Notes: a model not told the origin generated them from the sequence alone. A stretch of DNA of 64,000 nt from Candidatus Latescibacterota bacterium (GCA_965207885.1 OZ242311.1:3584001-3648000); one strand, 5' to 3'. Shown: positions 1 to 9,840, numbered from the stretch's first letter. Program-made: numbers and translations.

Positions 1-933
1 TACACCCGCCCGCACGGCTTCGGGAAGATATTTTGCCGTCAAAGCGCGCGCGCGTTCAACCCGCTCGCGCCACCAATCCCACGCCCACGTATCAAAAGAC
101 GCAAAACCAACTTCATCGTCGAAAAACAGTTGCAAATTTGGATCGCTCAAATACGCGCCCGATTTCACAAACAAAGCCACATCCTCTTCGGTCAACAAAT
201 TAGCGTGTTCAATACTATCGATCCCTGCTTCCATCGCCCAGCGCATTGCCGGCCCACCTATCGCGTGTGCGGCCACCGGAATTCCCAGATCGTGTGAAAC
301 AGCAATCGCCGCATCAATTTCCCGCCTCGAATACGCAGCCACATCTGTCAAATCACCTCGAATATAGTCCTCATAAGAATCGCCCTGGCGAACATTGGTA
401 ATAAACAACTTGGTCCAATCCGCACCCTGAGAAAAGTTCTCTCGGATCTTCAGCGTCAATTCTTCTTCCCCATCCGCAGGAAAACACAAAAAAGGCGCAG
501 TCCCGTGACCTGGTCTCAATGCCCGCACACACACCTTCAACCTGGGTCCCACGGCTTCGCCGCGATCAATCGCACCCTGAAAAGCCTTCTCAACACCCAG
601 CCGATCTCCCAGAGTGCGCATGGTCGTCACACCAGTGCTCAGATCACTTCGCAAATTCATCGCACCGCGCAACACAGCCGTTGTCGCATCCAGATCGAAA
701 TGCGCACTCAAAGGCAACTGGAACCGATTGTTAATCGTAATATGTACATGAGAATCAATCAACGCTGGCATCACAGTATATGCTGAACAATCCACCACCT
801 CGGCGTTTGGAGGCACATCTGCTTCAGTTCCGACATCGACCACGCGCCCCTTGTTCACCACGACCATCCCCTGCGGAATAGGTGTACAATCGGGATGAAC
901 AATCAACAAGTTGGATTTAATCACTTTTGACAT
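1..933 (-). CDS. Metal-dependent amidohydrolase (3' end runs off the window)
   Basis: Not in the ORF track. Manual translation from ATG at 933 gives MSKVIKSNLLIVHPD...VMPALIDSHVHIT (HxH), and later KLFIT, HAIGG and SIEH motifs typical of amidohydrolase_1 proteins. Confidence 0.85.
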   Translation of the reverse strand, partial: MSKVIKSNLLIVHPDCTPIPQGMVVVNKGRVVDVGTEADVPPNAEVVDCSAYTVMPALIDSHVHITINNRFQLPLSAHFDLDATTAVLRGAMNLRSDLSTGVTTMRTLGDRLGVEKAFQGAIDRGEAVGPRLKVCVRALRPGHGTAPFLCFPADGEEELTLKIRENFSQGADWTKLFITNVRQGDSYEDYIRGDLTDVAAYSRREIDAAIAVSHDLGIPVAAHAIGGPAMRWAMEAGIDSIEHANLLTEEDVALFVKSGAYLSDPNLQLFFDDEVGFASFDTWAWDWWRERVERARALTAKYLPEAVRAGV

Positions 934-1002
934 ATTTATTTTATTTGTATAATGTAGGTGGAACAACAAAACACCGTCATTTTGATCACCGGAGATCTAT
1001 TC

Positions 1003-2250
1003 ATGCAATTTGGCATCTTTTACGAACACCAGATTCCCCGCCCCTGGGCAGAAGGCGAAGAACACCAGCTTTTCAAAGACGCGCTCGAACAAGTCGAAGT
1101 CGCCGACCGGATCGGCATTGAATATGTTTGGGAAGTTGAACATCACTTTTTGGAAGAATACTCCCACTCCTCAGCCCCCGAAGTTTTTCTCGCCGCATGT
1201 AGCCAGCGCTCGAAAAATATCCGCCTGGGACACGGCATTGTACTCATGCCCCCCAATTACAACCATCCGGCCCGCGTTGCCGAACGCATCGCAACCCTCG
1301 ACCTGATCAGCGACGGACGCGTCGAATGGGGCACGGGTGAATCGGCCTCTCGCGCAGAACTCGAAGGATTCAACGTCCCGCCCGGAGAAAAAAAAGCAAT
1401 GTGGGCGGAAACCGTACGGGAAACCGCCAAAATGCTCGCATCAGACCCGTATCCCGGATATGACGGCGAATTTTTCTCAATGCCCGAACGCAACGTCTTG
1501 CCCAAACCCCTGCAAAAACCCCATCCACCGCTATGGGTCGCCTGTTCCAACCGCGAAAGCATTCGCTGGGCCGGAAAACACGGCATTGGCGCGCTCACCT
1601 TTGCCTTTATTGAACCCGAAGACGCCAAATACTGGGTTGACGAATACTACACCGCATTTGAGAACGAATGTGAACCCCTCGGACAAGCCGTCAACCCCAC
1701 CATCGCCATGGTCGCCGGATTCATGTGTCACGAAAACGGGGAAAAAGCGCGGGCGCAGGGCCTCGAAGGATTCCAATTTTTCGGCTATGCACTCTCCCAT
1801 TACTACCGACACGGGACTCACATCCCCGGCAAATTTGACATCTGGGCAGACTTCCAGCAAAACAAACCCGAACGAAAAAAAGGTTCGGGATCAGGTTGCA
1901 TTGGCACCCCGGACGAGATTCGCGCCCATCTCGAAGCAATGGAAGAAATCGGCGTCGATCAGGTCGTCTTCCTCCAGCAAGCTGGCAACAACAAACACGA
2001 CCATATATGCGAATCGCTCGAATGTTTCGCACAAAATGTATTGCCAGACTTCAAAGCGCGACACGAAATATACGCCGCACAAAAAGCAGAACGACTCGGC
2101 CCCGCCATCGAAAAAGCACTCTCTAAAATTCCACCGATAGACAAACCCAAATCCACACCCTTCGAAGCCTATCCACTCTTAAAATCACCCGACGAAAAGC
2201 AAGAAGACCTCGAAATTGTGGAATCTGTTGCGGGGAAAAAGTCCTCATAA
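1003..2250 (+). CDS. LLM-class (luciferase-like) flavin-dependent oxidoreductase
   Basis: MQFGIFYEHQ start after GGAG; WEVEHHF, HPARVAERIATLD and PKPLQKPHPPLW motifs. Confidence 0.9.
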   Translation: MQFGIFYEHQIPRPWAEGEEHQLFKDALEQVEVADRIGIEYVWEVEHHFLEEYSHSSAPEVFLAACSQRSKNIRLGHGIVLMPPNYNHPARVAERIATLDLISDGRVEWGTGESASRAELEGFNVPPGEKKAMWAETVRETAKMLASDPYPGYDGEFFSMPERNVLPKPLQKPHPPLWVACSNRESIRWAGKHGIGALTFAFIEPEDAKYWVDEYYTAFENECEPLGQAVNPTIAMVAGFMCHENGEKARAQGLEGFQFFGYALSHYYRHGTHIPGKFDIWADFQQNKPERKKGSGSGCIGTPDEIRAHLEAMEEIGVDQVVFLQQAGNNKHDHICESLECFAQNVLPDFKARHEIYAAQKAERLGPAIEKALSKIPPIDKPKSTPFEAYPLLKSPDEKQEDLEIVESVAGKKSS

Positions 2251-3459
2251 TAAATCCAAATCCCCAATCGCCTCGCGCACAGCTTCTATTGTATCTTCAA
2301 TATCCGCCTCTGTATGTGCCAGGGAGAGAAACATCGGATGCGAGGGATGTAAATAAAACCCACGCGCAAGACATCCCCGCAACACCTCCATGCAGCGATC
2401 GCGGTCAGAATCGTCTATCACTGGACGCGGCATTGGCCCGACGCCAATGAGATGATAACTCAGTCCTCCTGCTTCGCAAACAGCGTTGATACCTTCGATC
2501 AATCGGCTTCCAATTTTCCATTGATAGGCAATGCCATTCCGCCTCTGCAGTTCCCCTATCACGACCTCCATAGCCGTCAAACTGAGCGGATCCCCGTGCG
2601 CGGTACCTGTCATCCACACCGACTGACACGCTTTTGCCCCCAGAATCTCGCGCTTCCCGGCAATAAAACTCCCCGCATACCCATTGCAACACGCTTTGCC
2701 AAACGTCGCAATATCGGGTACAACCCCATAATATTCCCCCCCACCGCCCATCGCCACGCGAAAACCCACCTTTGTCTCGTCAAACACGCAGACCGCGCCG
2801 TGTGCATGCGCTAGATCTACACACCCTTGCAAAAACCCATCCGGCGGGCCGCCCCCTTGAATCGTCTCCATCACCACACACGCCACCTGATTGTCATATT
2901 TCTTCAAACACGCTTCCAGAGCGTCTAAATCGCCGTAAGGAACCGCACAGGTCAGCTCACTGACGGATTTCGGGACACCCTCGTCGCCGGGACGCGCCCA
3001 ATCGTGCCAGCCGTGATACCCGCACGTAATCACTCTATCGCGCCCCGTATATACCCGCGACAGGCGCACCGCGCTGGAAGTCGCCGCACTGCCTCCAATA
3101 AAAAACCCCACTATCTCAGCACATGGAATCACTTCAATGAGCAATTCCGCAACCGCCAACTCCCTGGGATACGCCAGACTGTACACCGTGCCATTCGCCA
3201 CCTGCTCGTGTATTGCACGGCACACAGCAGGATCATCATACCCCAGAACAATCGGCCCGAAACCCATTACATAATCCAAAAACTCATTGCCATCCACATC
3301 CCAAAATCGCGCCCCCGACGCGCGCTGTACAAATGCGGGATAGTCCATATCGACCTGGCCAAAAATATTCTTATGCGGAATGTACCCGCGAACCAGAACA
3401 TCGCCATAGCGATTCAGCAGAGCCTTTGACTTTGCAATGGTGTAATTCTTTTTTGACAT
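2245..3459 (-). CDS. Class III PLP-dependent aminotransferase (glutamate-1-semialdehyde aminomutase-like)
   Basis: DVDGNEFLDY, GYHGWHD, FDE.K.GFR and ATFGKA (PLP lysine) motifs. Confidence 0.85.
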   Translation of the reverse strand: MSKKNYTIAKSKALLNRYGDVLVRGYIPHKNIFGQVDMDYPAFVQRASGARFWDVDGNEFLDYVMGFGPIVLGYDDPAVCRAIHEQVANGTVYSLAYPRELAVAELLIEVIPCAEIVGFFIGGSAATSSAVRLSRVYTGRDRVITCGYHGWHDWARPGDEGVPKSVSELTCAVPYGDLDALEACLKKYDNQVACVVMETIQGGGPPDGFLQGCVDLAHAHGAVCVFDETKVGFRVAMGGGGEYYGVVPDIATFGKACCNGYAGSFIAGKREILGAKACQSVWMTGTAHGDPLSLTAMEVVIGELQRRNGIAYQWKIGSRLIEGINAVCEAGGLSYHLIGVGPMPRPVIDDSDRDRCMEVLRGCLARGFYLHPSHPMFLSLAHTEADIEDTIEAVREAIGDLDLL

Positions 3460-3613
3460 TTCGACCTCCTTCGCGCGTAAATTGAACCTCTTTTTCTAAC
3501 AAATGAACTTCTCACACAGACACAAGCACAAAATAGACTGCTTCTGCGCTCCTATTGTACTTGCCCCCCGTCTTTTCTTATCTTATCCTATTTTCAATAG
3601 AGAGATAGTTTTA

Positions 3614-3637
3614 CACTTCTTACTTCTCACTTCTCAC
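3614..3637. repeat. Intergenic heptamer tandem repeat (C/T)ACTTCT x3
   Basis: cacttct-tacttct-cacttct-cac read directly; a related run lies in the opposite orientation at ~8403-8425. Confidence 0.6.
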
Positions 3638-3647
3638 CGGAGAATTT

Positions 3648-4682
3648 ATGCCACGCGAACTCATTGCAGACCGGCCGGGACACACGACACTGCGAGAATA
3701 CGATGAAGAACCCTTAAAACGCGATCAAGTGCGTGCAAAAAGCTTGTTTTCGGCGGTAAAACACGGCACGGAGTTCCGGGGTTTTCAGGCCAATACACTC
3801 GATGCGTCCGATATTTTTAGCTGGGAATGGCGCATGCACCTGCGCGGGCAAAAACAGAAAGATGCGTTTCCCAAACGATTGGGCAATATGTATGTCGCCG
3901 ACGTGACAGACGTGGGACAAGACGTGTCAAATATTCGGGTGGGAGAGCGGATTTTTGGTCATGGTCCCGTTCGAGAGACGCATACACTTTCGGAGGATCG
4001 CGTAGAAAAATCTCCGGATGGCGTATCGTGGCAGGCTCTAATGGCTACAGACCCCGCAGGCGTTGCCCTCGGCGGCGTCAGAGATGCCAATATTCGCATC
4101 GGGGATCGCGTTGCGGTCTTTGGTCTGGGAGCAATTGGATTGATGACAGTACAACTCGCCCGCATCGCCGGCGCGCGCTGGGTTGCGGCAATTGACCCCA
4201 TTGAAAAGCGATGCCTGATTTCCGAAGCCTACGGTGCAGACCTCGTCCTGGATCCGCGCGAAGCTGATGTCGGCCTGGTCATTAAACAAGCCACCGCAAA
4301 ACTCGGCGTCGATGTATCCATGGAAACCAGTGGATCGTCCGCTGCAATGACCGATGCACTGCGCTCAACGCGCTATCAGGGCACCGTTGTATCCACAGCC
4401 TATTACAATACCCCCATGCAAAACCTGCATTTGACCGGCGAATGGCACCGCAATCGGATTCGCATTATATCCGTGAGGTCCGACAGCGAACCCTGGCTGG
4501 ATTACGGGTGGGACAAAAAGCGCGGAAATAAAGAAGCCTACGACCTGCTCGTTGACGGCCGTCTAAACGCCGAGGGCTTAATCGATCCCATCGTGCCATT
4601 TAATCGCGTTGCCGAAGCCTATATGCAAATGAATGAACATCCCGAAACTGGGATTAAACTCGGCGTTGATCATTCCCTCTAA
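3648..4682 (+). CDS. Medium-chain dehydrogenase/reductase (zinc-binding ADH-like family)
   Basis: GroES-like N-terminus with HGTE in place of the Cys motif; Rossmann VFGLGAIG; ETSGS. Confidence 0.8.
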   Translation: MPRELIADRPGHTTLREYDEEPLKRDQVRAKSLFSAVKHGTEFRGFQANTLDASDIFSWEWRMHLRGQKQKDAFPKRLGNMYVADVTDVGQDVSNIRVGERIFGHGPVRETHTLSEDRVEKSPDGVSWQALMATDPAGVALGGVRDANIRIGDRVAVFGLGAIGLMTVQLARIAGARWVAAIDPIEKRCLISEAYGADLVLDPREADVGLVIKQATAKLGVDVSMETSGSSAAMTDALRSTRYQGTVVSTAYYNTPMQNLHLTGEWHRNRIRIISVRSDSEPWLDYGWDKKRGNKEAYDLLVDGRLNAEGLIDPIVPFNRVAEAYMQMNEHPETGIKLGVDHSL

Positions 4683-4704
4683 TGGGTGATTTCAACATTT
4701 ACTC

Positions 4705-7170
4705 ATGCCAAAAATTCAGACCATAGCGCTATGTCTATCTGTCCTGTTGACCACCACAGACCTGCTGGCGAGTGAGGGCACAGTACAGCAAGTTTCGGGA
4801 GACCTCGTTTACGTCACGGGCATGAACGGTTTGGCGCCGCTCTGGTCAAATCTCACAGTGCAAAACGGACAGGACACAGGCGCAAAACTCGAAGTCATCA
4901 AAGAATTGCCAGAACTGGTCATAGCAAGAGTCGTAGAGGCCAACGGAACAGCGGTGAATACCGGCGATGCGGTAGTGCTGAGCAGCACACAATCAGATGC
5001 ATCAGCGCGAAAAGCCAGGCGAATCGTTTACGCTACCCGCGTTGACAAAAATCCAAATGTAGATGGCGCACTGGACGACCCCGTATGGTCGCGGGCAACG
5101 CCGATCAGGGGTTTTGTACAGCGCGACCCAAACTACTGGATGCCAAGCCCCGAACAAACGATCGCGCGGATTATTTACACGGACAAGAGCATCTACTTTG
5201 GTTTTGAATGCCTCGTCCCAGACTCCTCTCAATTTATCGCAAACAACATGCGACGAGATTCCGAAATCTCCGGCGATGACAATATTCAAATCCTGCTCGA
5301 CACGTACAATGATCGCCAGAACGGCTTCTTTTTCTTTGTCAACCCTCTGGGGGCGCAAAGCGACTTGATGCTCTCCAACGAGGGGCGAACTTATAATAGC
5401 GATTGGGATTGCAATTGGACCGCCCGTACCAAACACTATCCCGACCGATGGACAGTCGAAATCGAAATCCCGTTTAGCCAACTGCGGTTTAAGCAAGCTG
5501 CCGACGCCACATGGGGCATCAATCTCGCGCGCTATATTGCCCGAAAAAATCTGGCGACCCAGCTCGTCGTCGGCCAGCAGACTTCTTCATCCACAGAGCG
5601 TTACCGCACGGCGGACATCGGTGAACTGCACGGCCTCCAACACATTCGCGCCAGGCGCCCGATATACATCAAACCCTACGCCTTGCCGGGCACGACCATC
5701 GACGATCAGGCAACCGCCCCCTCTGAAAGCCGCACATTTGAAACGGGTCTCGATCTGCGCTATGGCATCACGTCAAACATCTCGCTTGACTTATCCTACA
5801 ACACGGATTTCGCACAGGTAGAAGGCGACCAGGAACAAACCAACCTGACGCAGTTCCGTCTCTTCTTCCCCGAAAAACGCGAATTCTTCCTCGAAGGAGC
5901 CAACCTCTTCCAATTTGGCGAACAAGCGCGAAGAACCGGCAGCGGTACCAGACCTCCCACCCTCCTTTTTTATACCAGACGCATCGGCCTTGAAAAAGGG
6001 AAAAAAATCCCGATTATCGTCGGATCAAAAATTGCCGGGAAAGAGGGACGAACCAGTATTGGAGGCCTCAATGTACTGACCGACGCGGCATTGTTTGCAG
6101 AAGATGGAGACACAGTTCAGGTACACCGCACCAATTACTCGGTCCTCAGCATAAGACGCGACGTATTTGCGCGATCAAACTTCGGTTTCATCATGGTCAA
6201 CAAACAAATCGATGACCCTCACGAGGGATGGAACCAGTACAACCGCGCGGGCGGTATTGATTTCAACTATTCCCCAACTTCAACCTTGAATTTCCAAGCT
6301 TTTGCAGCACGAACATGGGATTCACAAATTGGAGATGCAGACGATGCGCGATTTGTATCTATGAATTATCGCGGCACTAAGTATTGGGCCCGGCTCAAAT
6401 TTCTCGATGTCGAGGAACAATTTGAACCCGCCGTGGGATTCATCAATCGCAGAAGTGGATTGGAAGGTTTCAGGCGCTATGACCTCTATGCGCGCTACAG
6501 ACCCAGGCCAAAATTCGGCAATATTCGCTACATGTCAATCGGCCCCGAAGCGCAAATCTTCACAGACCACAACAACAATGTGAAATACTGGACAGTCGAA
6601 CTCTCGGCATTTACCATTTTTAATACCGGTGACTACTGGCGGAACGAATTAAAACGCACGCGCGATGTGGTCGATAAAGAATTCTCTCCCTCTGCGCGAA
6701 ACAAAGATGTAATCATCCCCCCCGGGGAATATACCTTCACATCATTTATCACGGGACCGCGTCCCAGTCGGACCCGAAAATTGCGCCCCGGTATCACCTT
6801 TGAAGCTGGCACATACTACACAGGAAGACGCTATACCATTCGCTCGGAAAGCGCCTTTCGCCCCTCTGGCCAGCTGTCTTATGAAGTGGAATATCAGGGC
6901 GACTGGGTCCGACTTCCTCAGGGAAACTTTAATGTCCACACACTTAGCAATCGCCTGCAGTACTCCTTTTCCACAGACTTTTTTGTCAAACTCTTTGTAC
7001 AGTGGAACAACGACAAAGAGTTCGCAAGCGCGAATTTTCTCCTCAACTACCGGTATCGCCCCGGCAGCGACATCTTTCTCGTCTTCGACAGCGCTTATGG
7101 CACCGATCCGACTTTAACCCGACGAAACCGCTCAGTGCTCCTCAAGCTCTCCTATCTCCTGGGTCTGTGA
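4705..7170 (+). CDS. Exported CBM9-like/DUF5916 protein, probably an outer-membrane barrel
   Basis: Signal peptide; VDGALDDPVW and WTVEIEIPFSQLRF (CBM9-like); NTDFAQVEGD...FFPEKREFFLEG (DUF5916); C-terminal LLKLSYL. Confidence 0.8.
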   Translation: MPKIQTIALCLSVLLTTTDLLASEGTVQQVSGDLVYVTGMNGLAPLWSNLTVQNGQDTGAKLEVIKELPELVIARVVEANGTAVNTGDAVVLSSTQSDASARKARRIVYATRVDKNPNVDGALDDPVWSRATPIRGFVQRDPNYWMPSPEQTIARIIYTDKSIYFGFECLVPDSSQFIANNMRRDSEISGDDNIQILLDTYNDRQNGFFFFVNPLGAQSDLMLSNEGRTYNSDWDCNWTARTKHYPDRWTVEIEIPFSQLRFKQAADATWGINLARYIARKNLATQLVVGQQTSSSTERYRTADIGELHGLQHIRARRPIYIKPYALPGTTIDDQATAPSESRTFETGLDLRYGITSNISLDLSYNTDFAQVEGDQEQTNLTQFRLFFPEKREFFLEGANLFQFGEQARRTGSGTRPPTLLFYTRRIGLEKGKKIPIIVGSKIAGKEGRTSIGGLNVLTDAALFAEDGDTVQVHRTNYSVLSIRRDVFARSNFGFIMVNKQIDDPHEGWNQYNRAGGIDFNYSPTSTLNFQAFAARTWDSQIGDADDARFVSMNYRGTKYWARLKFLDVEEQFEPAVGFINRRSGLEGFRRYDLYARYRPRPKFGNIRYMSIGPEAQIFTDHNNNVKYWTVELSAFTIFNTGDYWRNELKRTRDVVDKEFSPSARNKDVIIPPGEYTFTSFITGPRPSRTRKLRPGITFEAGTYYTGRRYTIRSESAFRPSGQLSYEVEYQGDWVRLPQGNFNVHTLSNRLQYSFSTDFFVKLFVQWNNDKEFASANFLLNYRYRPGSDIFLVFDSAYGTDPTLTRRNRSVLLKLSYLLGL

Positions 7171-7175
7171 TGAAT

Positions 7176-8357
7176 TTAAATTCGTCTAACAGCCAGCGCG
7201 ACGGCTTCGCCTCCGCCAATGCAGAGTGAGGCAATGCCAATGCGCTTGTCGGCGCGTTTCAGAGCGTGAATAAGAGTTACGAGAATGCGCGTGCCGCTCG
7301 CCCCAATGGGATGCCCCAGCGCGACAGCACCGCCATTGACATTGAGTTTTCCCCCCGGAATGCCCAGATCTTGGGCCGCCGCCATTGGAACGCCGGAAAA
7401 GGCTTCGTTGATTTCAAACAGATCGACATCCGAGACCGCAAGGGAGAGTTTGGCCAAAAGTTTGGATATGGCACCGATAGGCGCGAGTGTGAACCACTCC
7501 GGCTCCTGTGCCTGTGTGGCATAACCCAAAATCTCAACTTCGGGAGCAATACCGCAATCTTCTGCTTTTTCGTCTGAAAGGACAATAACAGACGCCGCGC
7601 CATCGTTGATACTCGACGCATTACCAGGCGTCACAGTGCCGTCTTTTGAAAACGCAGGGCGCAGTTGGCGGAGCTTGTCCTCGTCAAATCTCAGAGGTTC
7701 CTCATCCCGGTCTATGGTTGTAATTGTCTTGCCAGAAGGTGCTTCTACGGGTACAATCTCGCTGCGGAATCGACCTTCACTATCGGCGCTAAGTGCTCTG
7801 TTATAGCTACTGATGGCAAAATCATCCTGATCTTCGCGCGAAAAATCGTAGCGTTCAGCACATCGGTCACCACAGGTCCCCATGTGCAGATCATTGTACA
7901 CATCCCATAAGCCATCGCGGATCATTGAGTCAACGAGTTCGCCAGTCCCCAGTCTGTACCCCGTTCGCGCTTTTTCGAGAAGATAGGGCGCGCGGCTCAT
8001 GTTTTCCGTGCCTCCTGCGAGAATCAGGTCGGCATCGCCACACTGGATGGCCTGCGCAGCGAGCATGATGGATTTGAGGCCCGAACCACAAACTTTGTTA
8101 ATCGTTGTCGCCCCCACCGACGTATCGAGACCCGCGCCAATAGCAACCTGACGCGCGACATTTTGACCCAGCCCCGCACTGAGCACATTGCCAAAAATCA
8201 CTTCATCGACATCATCGCCGATTATGCCCGTCTGCGCTATCGAAGCTGCCGCGACCACACTGCCCAATTCAGGAGCAGACACCTCGGCAAAGCCGCCCAT
8301 AAATCCACCAATAGCCGTGCGCTTGCTCCCGGTGATATAAATGTGTTTCATGGTCAT
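7176..8357 (-). CDS. atoB: Acetyl-CoA C-acetyltransferase (thiolase)
   Basis: NKVCGSG, NEAF, GHPIGASG and CIGGG thiolase motifs. Confidence 0.92.
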   Translation of the reverse strand: MTMKHIYITGSKRTAIGGFMGGFAEVSAPELGSVVAAASIAQTGIIGDDVDEVIFGNVLSAGLGQNVARQVAIGAGLDTSVGATTINKVCGSGLKSIMLAAQAIQCGDADLILAGGTENMSRAPYLLEKARTGYRLGTGELVDSMIRDGLWDVYNDLHMGTCGDRCAERYDFSREDQDDFAISSYNRALSADSEGRFRSEIVPVEAPSGKTITTIDRDEEPLRFDEDKLRQLRPAFSKDGTVTPGNASSINDGAASVIVLSDEKAEDCGIAPEVEILGYATQAQEPEWFTLAPIGAISKLLAKLSLAVSDVDLFEINEAFSGVPMAAAQDLGIPGGKLNVNGGAVALGHPIGASGTRILVTLIHALKRADKRIGIASLCIGGGEAVALAVRRI

Positions 8358-8421
8358 ACCTCCATTTTACTATCAAGATACGTCCAGACCTGAAAATAAT
8401 GCAAGAAATAAGAGGTAAGAA

Positions 8422-8772
8422 GTGAAACATCTAATCGCCATTGCCCTGTGTAGTATTTTATGTGCATTAATCCTCCTGATGGCCTGTTCTGCACCCCCCG
8501 ATGGCAAAACCGTATTTATCGAATCGGGCTGTACAAGATGCCATGAAATCAACGGCTCTGGCGGTTCTCAAGGACCACAATTAGAGGGCTTACAGAGCAA
8601 ATGGACACCCGAATCACTGGAAGAATTTCTGAGTGATCCCCCTGCGTACGCAAAAGATAATGCTCGATTGCTGGCGTATCAAAAAAAATACCCAACGCCA
8701 ATGCCCAGACTTGAAATCACGCCCGCACGGCGAAAAATACTCGTCCAATATCTCCTTAAAAGGTATCCATGA
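8422..8772 (+). CDS. Monoheme cytochrome c, probable lipoprotein
   Basis: Hydrophobic leader ending LMAC; CTRCH heme motif; GP.L and distal MP. Confidence 0.8.
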   Translation: MKHLIAIALCSILCALILLMACSAPPDGKTVFIESGCTRCHEINGSGGSQGPQLEGLQSKWTPESLEEFLSDPPAYAKDNARLLAYQKKYPTPMPRLEITPARRKILVQYLLKRYP

Positions 8773-9089
8773 GAAATCAGATCGATAAAAAATACGAGCG
8801 GATATACAGAGAAGTTGCCAAAATTCCCGAAGGTACTGTGGCAACTTATGGACAGATTGCCGAACGGGTTGGGTGTGGACCGCGCGAAGTGGGCAGGGCG
8901 CTATCGGAATTGCCTCCTCACACATCCTGTCCCTGGCATCGGGTCATCAACGCGCGGGGAATGGTGTCCATTCGCAGCGGGAATCACATGGCACATCACA
9001 ACCAGGAAGCCCGCCTTGAACGAGAAGGCATTGTATTTGTCAATGGCCGCGTCGATCTCGAAATTTACAGGTGGGAGGCAGATTTTTAA
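8769..9089 (+). CDS. MGMT-family alkyltransferase-like protein (Atl/YbaZ type)
   Basis: IPEGTVATYGQIA, PREVG and PWHRV (Trp in place of the catalytic Cys); ATGA overlap with the upstream gene. Confidence 0.88.
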   Translation: MRNQIDKKYERIYREVAKIPEGTVATYGQIAERVGCGPREVGRALSELPPHTSCPWHRVINARGMVSIRSGNHMAHHNQEARLEREGIVFVNGRVDLEIYRWEADF

Positions 9090-9133
9090 GGCCTGAATAC
9101 AATATCACCAGCAAGAGCGTGCAAATTTGTGTA

Positions 9134-9162
9134 TTGACAAGGGTACCCGGTTTTTTTATCAT
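9134..9162 (+). promoter_or_regulatory. Sigma70-type promoter upstream of HU
   Basis: TTGACA-17 nt-TATCAT. Confidence 0.7.
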
Positions 9163-9213
9163 TCACGCGCTTAGGGGAGAAATACGTCTGCAAATAATGA
9201 GAAAGGGGATGCA

Positions 9214-9510
9214 GTGACCAAAGCTGATATTGTCAATCAGATTGCCGGAGCTACGGGATTGACCAAAACAGATACTTCTGTCGTTGTAGAGGGCTTTCTC
9301 ACCTCGCTCATCGCGGCAATGCAGCAGGGTGAACACATCGAAATTCGCGGTTTTGGCACGTTTAAGGTTGTTCATCGCGCACCGCGCACAGGTCGCAATC
9401 CCAAAACGGGCGAGGTTGTCAAAATTCCCTCGCGCGCAATGCCCGTGTTCAAGCCCTCACGCGAACTGCGTAATTCTATTTCTGAAGCTTCTGTTCTTCC
9501 ATCCGGCTAA
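9214..9510 (+). CDS. hup: HU/IHF family DNA-binding protein
   Basis: MTKADIV, IEIRGFGTF, RTGRNPKTG and PVFKPS motifs. Confidence 0.92.
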   Translation: MTKADIVNQIAGATGLTKTDTSVVVEGFLTSLIAAMQQGEHIEIRGFGTFKVVHRAPRTGRNPKTGEVVKIPSRAMPVFKPSRELRNSISEASVLPSG

Positions 9511-9531
9511 TGCACCCACAGGAGGTAGCTC

Positions 9532-9624
9532 TTGCCCAGCGGAAAAAAGCGCAAACGCGCAAAAATCGCAACGCATAAGCGAAAAAAAAGGCGCCGAAGA
9601 GACCGACATAAAAAGAGAATCTAA
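9532..9624 (+). CDS. 30-aa basic small ribosomal protein, bS22-like (AURKAIP1/COX24/mS38 family)
   Basis: AGGAGG, then TTG start; MPSGKKRKRAKIATHKRKKRRRRDRHKKRI, resembling Bacteroidota bS22. Below the ORF-track length cutoff. Confidence 0.85.
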   Translation: MPSGKKRKRAKIATHKRKKRRRRDRHKKRI

Positions 9625-9646
9625 AGGCGACCTACTATACTGATGT

Positions 9647-9747
9647 TATGGATTTAGCCCCTCTGGACCTGGATATGCCGACGTTTTCAGCCACAAACGG
9701 CTGTGATACACGCTGGTATAGACCATAAAGGCAGGGGCCTATCCATA
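9647..9747 (+). ncRNA. Candidate structured ncRNA (short 6S-like rod)
   Basis: Nested pairings TATGGAT/ATCCATA, GCCCCT/AGGGGC, TATGCCG/TGGTATA and CAGCC/GGCTG; TATACT -10 box at 9636-9641 just upstream. Confidence 0.5.
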
Positions 9748-9758
9748 GTCTGCCCTCT

Positions 9759-9835
9759 GCGGCATTAGCTCAGTTGGATAGAGCACTGGTCTCCGGAACC
9801 AGAGGTCACAGGTTCGAATCCTGTATGTCGCACCA
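9759..9835 (+). tRNA. tRNA-Arg(CCG)
   Basis: Acceptor stem GCGGCAT/ATGTCGC, D-arm AGCTCAGTTGGATAGAGC, anticodon arm CTGGT-CTCCGGA-ACCAG, T-loop GGTTCGAATCC, encoded CCA. Confidence 0.97.
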
Positions 9836-9840
9836 CAACC

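Noticed and set aside
9329-9643. 104-aa ORF overlapping HU
   Set aside because: Out-of-frame overlap; HU and the 30-aa bS22-like ORF have proper ribosome-binding sites and motifs.
9759-9835. tRNA as an integration site for an island
   Set aside because: It is followed directly by a terminator and obgE; I saw no duplicated tRNA 3' end and no integrase.
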